Positions 19,266 through 26,222 of a stretch of 64,000 bases of DNA are shown piece after piece (the stretch's first letter is position 1; each line of letters opens with the position of its first letter). Source of the DNA: a virus (Duplodnaviria; Caudoviricetes); the IMG/VR virus record IMGVR_UViG_3300025759_000088, positions 1,073 to 65,072 of that record; one strand, given 5' to 3'. Made by a program: the position numbers and the translations under genes. Under the pieces are notes generated by a model. The model had not been told where the DNA came from, searched no databases, and saw only the letters and a list, made by a program, of their open reading frames with translations.

Positions 19266-20006
19266 CTATTCTTTCCCGATGTCCCCGGCTATGTGGTGCC
19301 GCAATATTGAACGGGGCGGCAAGTTGCGGGCAAAGTCTCGCAACTTTTCCCCGTCGGGCTTTGCCTGCGTCTGGCCCGGCATGCGCCGCCAGTGAATGGC
19401 AACGTTACCGGTGCCCGCATAACATCCGCCCTGCGTCTCGCTATCGCCTGCCCGGTTTTTGTCCGTCCCGTGCGCCGTAAATGCAATTATGTAATCGCGA
19501 TTTAAACGGGCGCATAACGGGCCGCCGCGCCCGCCGCAATCCGCGCATCCTCTTATTGCGCCGGTTTCTTCTGGGCAGCGCACAAATTGAACATGGTCAA
19601 TTGTCCGGTTTTTTTGCGACTCTTGCCAAAACGTCGGGGGCACTACGGTCACCATAGGAAATTGCCATTGATCCGGCGGGGCTTTCCGCATTGCATTTTT
19701 TAAAAACGCGGCTGTCTCCGGGTTGGCGGTGCTGTAATTAACAACGGTTTTAATCGGGCTTAATTTGTGGGCCCAGTGCATGGGGCTAAAATGGGTATAT
19801 GTGAAACTGTAACCCGCCCGCGGCTTGCTATCTAAAACAGCATCCAAATAATCATGGTCAATCTGCCCCGCGCCGCATCCCTTGCCTGACGGATTCAGTT
19901 CGCAATCCGCCGGGCACGTGCCAAACATGTTTTTATTACCGCTGCGATATGTGACGGCGCATCCTTTCAGTTTCTTGGCGGTGCTGATTTCAACTGTCTT
20001 TAACAT
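19266..20006 (-). CDS. Cys-rich early protein (GP88-like, possible Fe-S/metal binding)
   Basis: TCPADC, CPE..CADC..LC, GGCYA and LRHHIAGD motifs. Confidence 0.45.
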   Translation of the reverse strand: MLKTVEISTAKKLKGCAVTYRSGNKNMFGTCPADCELNPSGKGCGAGQIDHDYLDAVLDSKPRAGYSFTYTHFSPMHWAHKLSPIKTVVNYSTANPETAAFLKNAMRKAPPDQWQFPMVTVVPPTFWQESQKNRTIDHVQFVRCPEETGAIRGCADCGGRGGPLCARLNRDYIIAFTAHGTDKNRAGDSETQGGCYAGTGNVAIHWRRMPGQTQAKPDGEKLRDFARNLPPRSILRHHIAGDIGKE

Positions 20007-20024
20007 TTTTAAAATCTCCTGTTG

Positions 20025-20067
20025 TCTAGGACTAATCCCATATTAGAGCGCAAAATAAAAAAGGCAA
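20025..20067 (-). promoter_or_regulatory. sigma70-type promoter with overlapping operator
   Basis: Minus strand TTGCCT-16-TAATAT; operator TATGGGA-TTAG-TCCTAGA at 20025-20042. Confidence 0.6.
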
Positions 20068-20199
20068 GCGCTAGCCTGCCTTTTGTTTTTATTTTTTCCG
20101 CCGTCGTTTTGTGGGCTCAATGCTATATCGGCTTTTTATTTTGTCCGGGTCTGGCGATCCCCAAAACAGCCAATAATAAAGGCGCGACAATATCCACAT

Positions 20200-20625
20200 T
20201 TAATAATTACCCGCGGCGCAAACTTCCATGTCAAGCTTGCCAGAATACCGGCGGCGTCCATCGCCCTTTATTATTTGCTCTGCGCGGCGGCTTGCAGCTT
20301 CTAAACTGACGTCACGGACGGCAAAATCAAAATCCCGCATGTTACCGCTTGTTGTGCAATAGCTGCCATTTGCCCAGAATAATTTCACGTCCGGCGTCGG
20401 GCTATCAGATATTCTTTCAACCACAACGTCCCCGTCTTGATCTCTTTTTATTCCGACAAGAACGTTAACCGGTTCAGCCTCTCTTGCCTGCAGCATGACA
20501 TCCACACTGTCCCACCATTTTTTTTCTGCAGCCTTTTCCATATTTGCAAGCGACAGATACTCATCAAAGTACATGTCAAACTCAAACGTGCGTATTTCAC
20601 GAACGCGAAAGGTAGCTTTCTTCAT
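20200..20625 (-). CDS. Hypothetical early protein
   Basis: GGGAGA RBS and its own promoter/operator. Confidence 0.65.
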   Translation of the reverse strand: MKKATFRVREIRTFEFDMYFDEYLSLANMEKAAEKKWWDSVDVMLQAREAEPVNVLVGIKRDQDGDVVVERISDSPTPDVKLFWANGSYCTTSGNMRDFDFAVRDVSLEAASRRAEQIIKGDGRRRYSGKLDMEVCAAGNY

Positions 20626-20651
20626 TTCGTTTATCTCCCGTTGTTGGTGCG

Positions 20652-20682
20652 TATAAGATAGTTCTTACACCGGGATTGTCAA
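20652..20682 (-). promoter_or_regulatory. Promoter with operator
   Basis: TTGACA-16-TATCTT on minus; TATAAGA-TAGT-TCTTACA at 20652-20669. Confidence 0.6.
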
Positions 20683-21099
20683 ACGGAAAAACTGCTCCCA
20701 ATCAATCGGGGCATCTATTTTAAAATGCGGTTTTAAAAGAAGCCCGCGGTCAACAAGCTCAACCGCCTGATCCGCACGATACACGTGGGCGTGTCGATCC
20801 TTGCAGCGCACAATGACAAACGATGCGGTGTGCTTGTGCTGCTCCATCCATGCAACCTGATGAGGCGATAGCCGAACAGCAACGCCGGTTGCCGTTTTTA
20901 ACTCCCAAAAAGAAAAGTCCCCTGTCTCGCCGCAAACGACAAGATCGGGGACGCCTTGAGATGCCCAGCTTTCTATTCGCGTCAGCCTGACGTCAGGCCG
21001 GTGCTTCTTCTGGTTCTTCTTTATACTCTGGTAGAAGCTCGCTTCCAGATTCTTCGGCGTCTTTTTCGACGGGCGTGATATCGATAACGGAAGATCCAT
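20665..21099 (-). CDS. PD-(D/E)XK nuclease (VRR-NUC/resolvase-like)
   Basis: E..F, GVPDL, WELK and LSPHQVAW motifs. Confidence 0.75.
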   Translation of the reverse strand: MDLPLSISRPSKKTPKNLEASFYQSIKKNQKKHRPDVRLTRIESWASQGVPDLVVCGETGDFSFWELKTATGVAVRLSPHQVAWMEQHKHTASFVIVRCKDRHAHVYRADQAVELVDRGLLLKPHFKIDAPIDWEQFFRLTIPV

Positions 21100-21568
21100 A
21101 TTGCTTTTTAATCTCTTCTAGTTCTTTCATCACTTCATCACGGCTCATGCTGTCAATAGAACCGTGCCGCACTTCAGATTTGCTGATGTAGATATCCCCG
21201 TGCGCCTGCCCCCGGCGGTACTCCGCCTGCACGGCGGCTGAATATGCTCCATTGTCCAAAGCTTCATCACGTATGCGCTGCAGGTCACGGACATGACGAT
21301 GGTAAGTGATTGCATACCGCTCGTTCAGTTCGTCCCGATACATCTTGATCGCCTTGGCAACATTCGGGTGCTTGTGGGGGTTCAAAAGTTCAGAAGCTTT
21401 GACCGACGCACTCTTTTCAGAGAAGCCCGCGTTTAAAGCGCATTGCTTCTTACTAATCATGCCGTCGTTGGAAACGTATTCCTTAACGAATTTCTTTTGC
21501 TTTTCAGAGAGCGGGGAGTCCGGTGTCAGCCGCGGACGACCAACAGGGTTTACTTTTACGATTTCCAT
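20993..21568 (-). CDS. terS: Terminase small subunit
   Basis: LSEKQKKFVKEY..CALNAGFSEKSA..ASELL HTH typical of TerS. Confidence 0.75.
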   Translation of the reverse strand: MEIVKVNPVGRPRLTPDSPLSEKQKKFVKEYVSNDGMISKKQCALNAGFSEKSASVKASELLNPHKHPNVAKAIKMYRDELNERYAITYHRHVRDLQRIRDEALDNGAYSAAVQAEYRRGQAHGDIYISKSEVRHGSIDSMSRDEVMKELEEIKKQYGSSVIDITPVEKDAEESGSELLPEYKEEPEEAPA

Positions 21569-21629
21569 GACGTGCCCTTATGTTTGAAATCATTCCAAAT
21601 ATAAGGGTAAGTGCGGGTTTAAAACAAGG

Positions 21630-21853
21630 TGTTACACCTCTAATTTCGCGTTACACAAAAAAGTAACGATATTTGCCTTCTTTATGTAAGGATTTCAACG
21701 ATGTTACACTTTTCACATTTGTCACAGCACTGTGGGAAGAAAAAAAATTATTTTTTTTTCTAGCCCTATAGAAAAGTTTTGGATTTTAGAACCCTTTGTC
21801 ACCTTGGGTTTGAGCGTTACATATTTGGTTTTTCAAAAGTGTAACAAAGTAAC
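21630..21853. repeat. Cluster of GTTAC(AC)/GTAAC repeats (iteron-like)
   Basis: GTTACAC at 21631, 21650, 21703; GTTACAT at 21816; GTAAC at 21663, 21841, 21849; TGTCAC variants; AT-rich non-coding region. Confidence 0.65.
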
Positions 21854-21918
21854 GCCCCGCCCTAAGAAAGGACGAGGCGCTACAAACCAAAACAACACGG
21901 AGAAAGAACACAACCGTT
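21843..21918 (-). ncRNA. Putative antisense sRNA against early-gene ribosome-binding leaders
   Basis: Promoter TTGACG(21952-21947)-17-TACGGT; GU-rich body; 11-bp hairpin fully paired only in minus orientation (G-U pairs), then a U-rich tail. Confidence 0.6.
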
Positions 21919-21955
21919 AATGAACCGTAGGCCGCGTTCTCTGCCCCGTCAAGCG

Positions 21956-22180
21956 TTATTCGTCATTCCTTGCAACTTTTAGTGTTGCGGATGCTTCGAC
22001 GATGTTTGGTATTCTCATTCTGGCTTTTATCATCAGGGACTGTGCTTCGTGCAGCTTGCTGATTGCTTCGTCGAGGAAGGGCTTTTCGCCCGGCAGCGCT
22101 TCCAGCCACAGGTCATTGACGGCGTGGATAGCTTGATTAAGCAGTGCGGCTGCTTCTTGGTGTTCATTGACACTATTCAT
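21956..22180 (-). CDS. Hypothetical protein
   Basis: ATGA overlap with the upstream gene; start moved to MNSVNEH. Confidence 0.55.
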   Translation of the reverse strand: MNSVNEHQEAAALLNQAIHAVNDLWLEALPGEKPFLDEAISKLHEAQSLMIKARMRIPNIVEASATLKVARNDE

Positions 22181-22368
22181 TCCCAATATACTCCCAGTGT
22201 TTCGACGCGGATGCACACCGCTTCTTCATTTACGGGCATATCTTCCCAGAACATTTTTGTTGCTGCGACGTGGCATTGTGCAATGGTGTCGAAGACTCCT
22301 ACGTTTTTCACGATGAACTCTTCAACACCTACCGCGGTGATCCACAGCAACACCCAGTTAACCGTCAT
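22177..22368 (-). CDS. Small hypothetical protein
   Basis: Hydrophobic N-terminus with a C...C pattern; start moved to MTVNW. Confidence 0.55.
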   Translation of the reverse strand: MTVNWVLLWITAVGVEEFIVKNVGVFDTIAQCHVAATKMFWEDMPVNEEAVCIRVETLGVYWE

Positions 22369-22657
22369 TTTTCTTTGGGCGTCCGCGTTTCTTGGGCGCG
22401 GGCTTGTTTTCTTCTGCCAGCACCCAATTTCCAAAGCCGTTCCATTCGGTATTTTCTGGCCGTTGGAATTGAAGCGTTTGCTGCATCCGGTGCATCAGCG
22501 TTTCCAGATTACGCAAATCGGAAATCCAGAGATCGTTGCATTCCCAGATGGTTTGCAGCGCTGTCCGCAGTTCGTTGTGCGAGTCGAGCAGTTTCCGGCG
22601 GGCGGCTGCGTCGATGGTCAAGTCCCCGGTTGTGGGGCTCACGTGGCTTTTATTCAT
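22358..22657 (-). CDS. Hypothetical protein with basic KKRGRPKK tail
   Basis: AGGAGAG RBS before the ATG at 22657. Confidence 0.6.
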   Translation of the reverse strand: MNKSHVSPTTGDLTIDAAARRKLLDSHNELRTALQTIWECNDLWISDLRNLETLMHRMQQTLQFQRPENTEWNGFGNWVLAEENKPAPKKRGRPKKNDG

Positions 22658-22685
22658 TGGTGTCTCTCCTGTTGTTGACCCGGTT

Positions 22686-22713
22686 ATTATGGGAACCGTC
22701 CCATACAAGTCAA
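22686..22713 (-). promoter_or_regulatory. Leftward early promoter with perfect palindromic operator
   Basis: TTGACT-16-CATAAT on minus; TATGGGA-ACCG-TCCCATA at 22688-22705. Confidence 0.75.
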
Positions 22714-22851
22714 GCAAAAAAATGCAGATGTTTTTGTATTTGCTTGTTAACCATATTCTGGTTGACTGCACATTAGAATCATTTCAAGTTAACCACATTT
22801 CAGTTTAACTAATTGATTTCATTAATAAAAAAGGTGCGACACTATGTCACA

Positions 22852-22880
22852 TGGACTGTATGGGAGTTATCCTTTAAGAT
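22852..22880 (+). promoter_or_regulatory. Rightward early promoter with operator in the spacer
   Basis: TGGACT-17-TAAGAT; TATGGGA-GTTA-TCCTTTA at 22859-22876. Confidence 0.7.
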
Positions 22881-22924
22881 AGAATGTTAGCTCGAAATAG
22901 GGCTATGGGCTTTCGGGCCCGGAA

Positions 22925-22940
22925 TGTTTCACGTGAAACA
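22925..22940. promoter_or_regulatory. parS: parS centromere-like site
   Basis: Exact TGTTTCACGTGAAACA inside a 22-bp palindrome (22922-22943). Confidence 0.8.
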
Positions 22941-22984
22941 TTCGCTATTTGAAATCGTAAACCAAACAACCAACGGAGGTCAGT

Positions 22985-23293
22985 ATGTCTGACGCCAAAC
23001 CGTCTTTCCTTGCCATCATCTTTATTGGGTGCGGAAGCTCTTGGGCCTACGGCTCATCGGCTGACGAAGCCGCCACCAGTGCAGCGAGCATTCTTGTTCG
23101 TGACTGGAGCAGCTTGTACACCTTTAAAGAAGAGGTGCCGGTCAACATCTTCGATGTCGAAGATTACGACGGGTTCCACGCCACCCATCAGGGTGTGTTC
23201 GGAACCAAGGATGATATCCCCGACGACGAAGGGGTAGCGTTGGAGTGCCTTGAAACGAGGCACGTGCCGACGCCCCCGCAGCCGCGGAGATAA
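22985..23293 (+). CDS. Hypothetical early protein
   Basis: GGAGG RBS; first gene after the rightward promoter. Confidence 0.7.
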   Translation: MSDAKPSFLAIIFIGCGSSWAYGSSADEAATSAASILVRDWSSLYTFKEEVPVNIFDVEDYDGFHATHQGVFGTKDDIPDDEGVALECLETRHVPTPPQPRR

Positions 23294-23355
23294 GACCTAC
23301 GCCCCCCTACCTACGGTAGGGGGGTAGACCTCCCAGCCACCAAAGGAGAAAGTAA

Positions 23356-23655
23356 ATGGCTGAATTAAACGACACTGAGTTGAACGTAATGTGGGAAGCT
23401 TTAAACACTGTCTACTTCACAGACGAGAAGGGGATAGATGCCCACCGCAAGCTTTTGATGAAATACCGGCGGCAGGTTGCAAAGCAGCTTCACGGCGGTG
23501 CCATCAACGCGGCGGATGTCGAGTGTGGTACGCTTGAACATTACAACGAGCTTCGTGCCAAACGAAAGAAGGCTGTAGCCGACTCTGCTATGCAGAAGAT
23601 AAAAGAACAAGCGGAGTTAGACCATCTTCAAAAGACATTGGGGAAGATAGGCTGA
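23356..23655 (+). CDS. Hypothetical protein
   Basis: AAGGAG RBS. Confidence 0.7.
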   Translation: MAELNDTELNVMWEALNTVYFTDEKGIDAHRKLLMKYRRQVAKQLHGGAINAADVECGTLEHYNELRAKRKKAVADSAMQKIKEQAELDHLQKTLGKIG

Positions 23656-23930
23656 TGGCGCTTGATCTTGAAATTCATCTTTCGCAGTACGATCACAACG
23701 GCGCAGATTTCATCTGCCGGATAACCGGCAGAAGATTTGAGCTTGGCAATGAACCGGGGCTCTACGGCGGCGTGGTCTTCTATGAGGACGACGTCGATAG
23801 CCCCATCATGCGCTTTGGCCGCAACTACAAATCAAAACGTAGTACGCGGATTGCAAAGATACTTGAATGGTTTGAGGACCGTGAGGAGTTTCACGGGGGC
23901 CTTGTGGCAGTAAAGGTGAATAAAAAATAA
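23655..23930 (+). CDS. Hypothetical protein
   Basis: TGATG coupling to the upstream gene; ends at a terminator. Confidence 0.65.
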   Translation: MALDLEIHLSQYDHNGADFICRITGRRFELGNEPGLYGGVVFYEDDVDSPIMRFGRNYKSKRSTRIAKILEWFEDREEFHGGLVAVKVNKK

Positions 23931-23933
23931 AGG

Positions 23934-23960
23934 AAGGGCGGTCAATGACCGCCCTTTTTT
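23934..23960. terminator. Terminator between convergent genes
   Basis: AAGGGCGGTCA/TGACCGCCCTT hairpin plus T tract. Confidence 0.8.
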
Positions 23961-24243
23961 AATGCCGTGTTCCGTGGTCTAGGGTGTTTTGTGCGATTTC
24001 TTTTGCCATGCCTATCAGTTCATCGACATCGTTTTCATCGCGGCAGGCTTGCATTGCGTACTGCATCAGTGCGGTCATCACGCCCAGAATGACGATTGGT
24101 TCGTGTTCCGCGGCCTGTGCATCGACGTGCTTGCTTATTAAGTCGAGGGCATCGATACCCATTTCGTGACCAAGGCTGAAGTCCCCGCCGTTGGGATCCA
24201 GTTCTACTTCTTCTGCTTCATCAAACATGTTGGCAGTCTCCAC
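23959..24243 (-). CDS. Acidic hypothetical protein
   Basis: ORF behind a leftward promoter; start uncertain. Confidence 0.55.
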   Translation of the reverse strand: METANMFDEAEEVELDPNGGDFSLGHEMGIDALDLISKHVDAQAAEHEPIVILGVMTALMQYAMQACRDENDVDELIGMAKEIAQNTLDHGTRH

Positions 24244-24254
24244 TGTTCCAAACC

Positions 24255-24322
24255 GTTATATGGGATTATTCTTAGAATCGTCAAGGAAAAAGGTTGACGG
24301 CGTATGGGATGGCTCCTATCTT
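24255..24322. promoter_or_regulatory. Back-to-back divergent promoters, each with an operator
   Basis: Plus: TTGACG-17-TATCTT with TATGGGA-TGGC-TCCTATC (24303-24320); minus: TTGACG with TATGGGA-TTAT-TCTTAGA (24259-24276). Confidence 0.7.
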
Positions 24323-24357
24323 TAAAAGGTCAACAACGACAAACAAAAGAGAGAAAA

Positions 24358-25236
24358 ATGCAGATCATCAAAACACAGTCTGAAAAAGAGACAGAAATCA
24401 AGAACTTGGAGAAGTTTCTCCGCAAGTCCCCGACGAACAGCGTGGTGATGGAGTTCACACCATCGTTAGCAGAGTACATTTTGTCTAAGCTTAATATCGG
24501 CAATCGTCCTCAGAAGCCGCAGCGTATTGTAGATTACGCTAAAGACATGGCTTCGCACAACTGGTCATTGACCGGCGAGACAATCTGCTTCGGCGACAAC
24601 GGGCGTCTTTTAGATGGTCAGAACCGGTTAGCTGCTTGCATCCGGGCTCAGACATCATTTAAGACACATGTCATTTTTGGCATTGATCCTGCAACGTTCC
24701 ATCACATGGACACAGGAAAAAATCGTGGCGGGGACGATATTCTCGCAATCATGGGTGTACCAAACTCCGGTAAGGTAGCTGGTGCATTGAAGATGATACG
24801 GGCTTGGAAGCGCGGTGTAACGAACACGCAGGGCACTGTATCGAACCAGATCATTAAGGACATGTACCTTAATGAGATTGACGAAGAGCTTATGCAGCGG
24901 GCGATCAAGTCAGCTAAGAACGTTTACAACGTAATCAGCTACCCGATTGGTCAGACAGCTTCGCTGTACTATCTTGCCAGCTTGAACGGCGACGAAGAGC
25001 TTGTAGATAAGTTTTTTGCGGAGCTTCGCGTCGGCGGTTCGGGGACAAGCAAGTATCAGCCGTCCCGGCATCTTGTCGAAACATTGACGCGTATGAAGAT
25101 GAACCGTGAACGGCGGATCACGTCACATGACTATAGTGTGATGCTCACGCGGTCTTGGTACAATTTCAAGCACAAGAAGCGGAGCAAGAAGGCCGACATG
25201 GAAGTGTACCTTGACGACAAGCTGATGGAAATCTAG
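24358..25236 (+). CDS. ParB/Srx-like N-terminal domain protein
   Basis: NRP..RIVDYAKDM..W...GETI.F...GRLLDGQNRL motif. Confidence 0.65.
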   Translation: MQIIKTQSEKETEIKNLEKFLRKSPTNSVVMEFTPSLAEYILSKLNIGNRPQKPQRIVDYAKDMASHNWSLTGETICFGDNGRLLDGQNRLAACIRAQTSFKTHVIFGIDPATFHHMDTGKNRGGDDILAIMGVPNSGKVAGALKMIRAWKRGVTNTQGTVSNQIIKDMYLNEIDEELMQRAIKSAKNVYNVISYPIGQTASLYYLASLNGDEELVDKFFAELRVGGSGTSKYQPSRHLVETLTRMKMNRERRITSHDYSVMLTRSWYNFKHKKRSKKADMEVYLDDKLMEI

Positions 25237-25409
25237 TGCGCCATCGTGATGACATGACGCTTGAAGAGTTTAAAAAAGCTCTTCAAGCTATTCGTCAAAA
25301 GGCTCTTTACATACCGATACTAGAACACAGTAGACGAGGGCCTGAGACGCGTTCTTTAAAAAACACAACTCAGGCCGCTCGCGGTAGATTTTTTAGGAGG
25401 GAAGGATGA
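25236..25409 (+). CDS. Small hypothetical protein
   Basis: Open frame coupled to the ParB-like stop; not in the ORF track. Confidence 0.35.
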   Translation: MRHRDDMTLEEFKKALQAIRQKALYIPILEHSRRGPETRSLKNTTQAARGRFFRREG

Positions 25410-25576
25410 AGAGAGTTATGTTCTACTCAAAGTGTGTTGAGTGCGGCGACAAAGCCGACACAGCATATGGCAAGCTTTTCTACTGTGCCGCCTGTTGGTT
25501 GAAGTTTTTCTCTTCTGGAAGGGTATCGACAGGCTTGTCTTGCATCAAACTGGACGCGCAAACCCCCAGATTATAA
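25406..25576 (+). CDS. Small CxxC..CxxC zinc-finger-like protein
   Basis: AGGAGG RBS; CVEC...CAAC; overlaps the convergent gene. Confidence 0.4.
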   Translation: MKRVMFYSKCVECGDKADTAYGKLFYCAACWLKFFSSGRVSTGLSCIKLDAQTPRL

Positions 25577-25731
25577 AGAGCTTCCTGCATAGGATTGTCT
25601 GAAGCTTTCCCGCGGCCTGTGAGAAACACCTCGCAGGCCGTTCCTGTTTGTGGATGATAGCTGACGGTTACAGTGAGGCCCATGCCTACATCTTCTGTGA
25701 CGCATGGTCGGCGGTTAGGTAAGGCTGTCAT
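25480..25731 (-). CDS. Stand-alone TSCPD-like domain (class II ribonucleotide reductase C-terminal-like)
   Basis: LPNRR..T....TV.Y......EVF....K pattern. Confidence 0.55.
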   Translation of the reverse strand: MTALPNRRPCVTEDVGMGLTVTVSYHPQTGTACEVFLTGRGKASDNPMQEALYNLGVCASSLMQDKPVDTLPEEKNFNQQAAQ

Positions 25732-25782
25732 GGTTTTCTCCCGTTGTTAAACAATAACGATATGTAGAAAAAACCAGAAGTT

Positions 25783-25950
25783 CTAGCCTTGACCTTTCTT
25801 TTTTATTTGGTAGCCCTCTGTGCGGCAGAACACGTCGAACATAACGCGCAACTGACCGGAGATGCTTCTGTTCTCCATCTGTGCGATTTGTTTAATCCCG
25901 CGGTAAATATCCATCGGGACTACGATTGATTTCCACTTCTCGACATCCAT
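25783..25950 (-). CDS. Ribbon-helix-helix (Arc/CopG-like) DNA-binding protein
   Basis: 55 aa MDVEKWKSIVVPMDIYRGIKQIAQMENRSISGQLRVMF..; own promoter TTGCAA-17-TATATT; not in the ORF track. Confidence 0.7.
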   Translation of the reverse strand: MDVEKWKSIVVPMDIYRGIKQIAQMENRSISGQLRVMFDVFCRTEGYQIKKKGQG

Positions 25951-26012
25951 AACACCCTCTACTGGTACAGTTATACTCTGAGAGAATATAAGACTTTATG
26001 TTAATGATTGCA

Positions 26013-26133
26013 ACAAAAAACCCCGCCGAAGCGGGGTTTGCTTAAATGTCCCAGTCTGCTTTTTAAGGAGGATAAATCCTCTGACAAGGGAGTTCTAAGT
26101 TTTTAGAAAAACACTGGTGTGTCTCTCTCGACA
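26013..26133 (-). ncRNA. Putative sRNA with anti-Shine-Dalgarno motifs
   Basis: TTGACA(26167-26162)-17-CATATA promoter; CUCCC and UCCUCCUU motifs; CCCCGC-UUCG-GCGGGG terminator with U tract. Confidence 0.5.
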
Positions 26134-26168
26134 ATCAATATATGAAGGACGAAGGCATTACTGTCAAC

Positions 26169-26194
26169 AAAAAAGGCCCCGCCGGAGCGGGGCC
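26169..26194 (-). terminator. polA terminator
   Basis: GGCCCCGC/GCGGGGCC hairpin plus T tract on minus. Confidence 0.8.
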
Positions 26195-26222
26195 AGTCTC
26201 TAAGGGAGGAATACCATGAAAA

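Noticed and set aside
17497-21853. CRISPR array or tRNA genes in the repeat-rich intergenic regions
   Set aside because: Repeats are 5-14 bp with no regular spacers; no cloverleaf or T-loop signature recognised
17284-22808. Plus-strand ORFs such as 17284..17487, 17780..18361, 19081..19395, 21732..21920 and 22049..22678
   Set aside because: They are antisense shadows or overlap regulatory DNA, without an RBS or recognisable motifs; the same applies to most plus-strand ORFs over the structural operon
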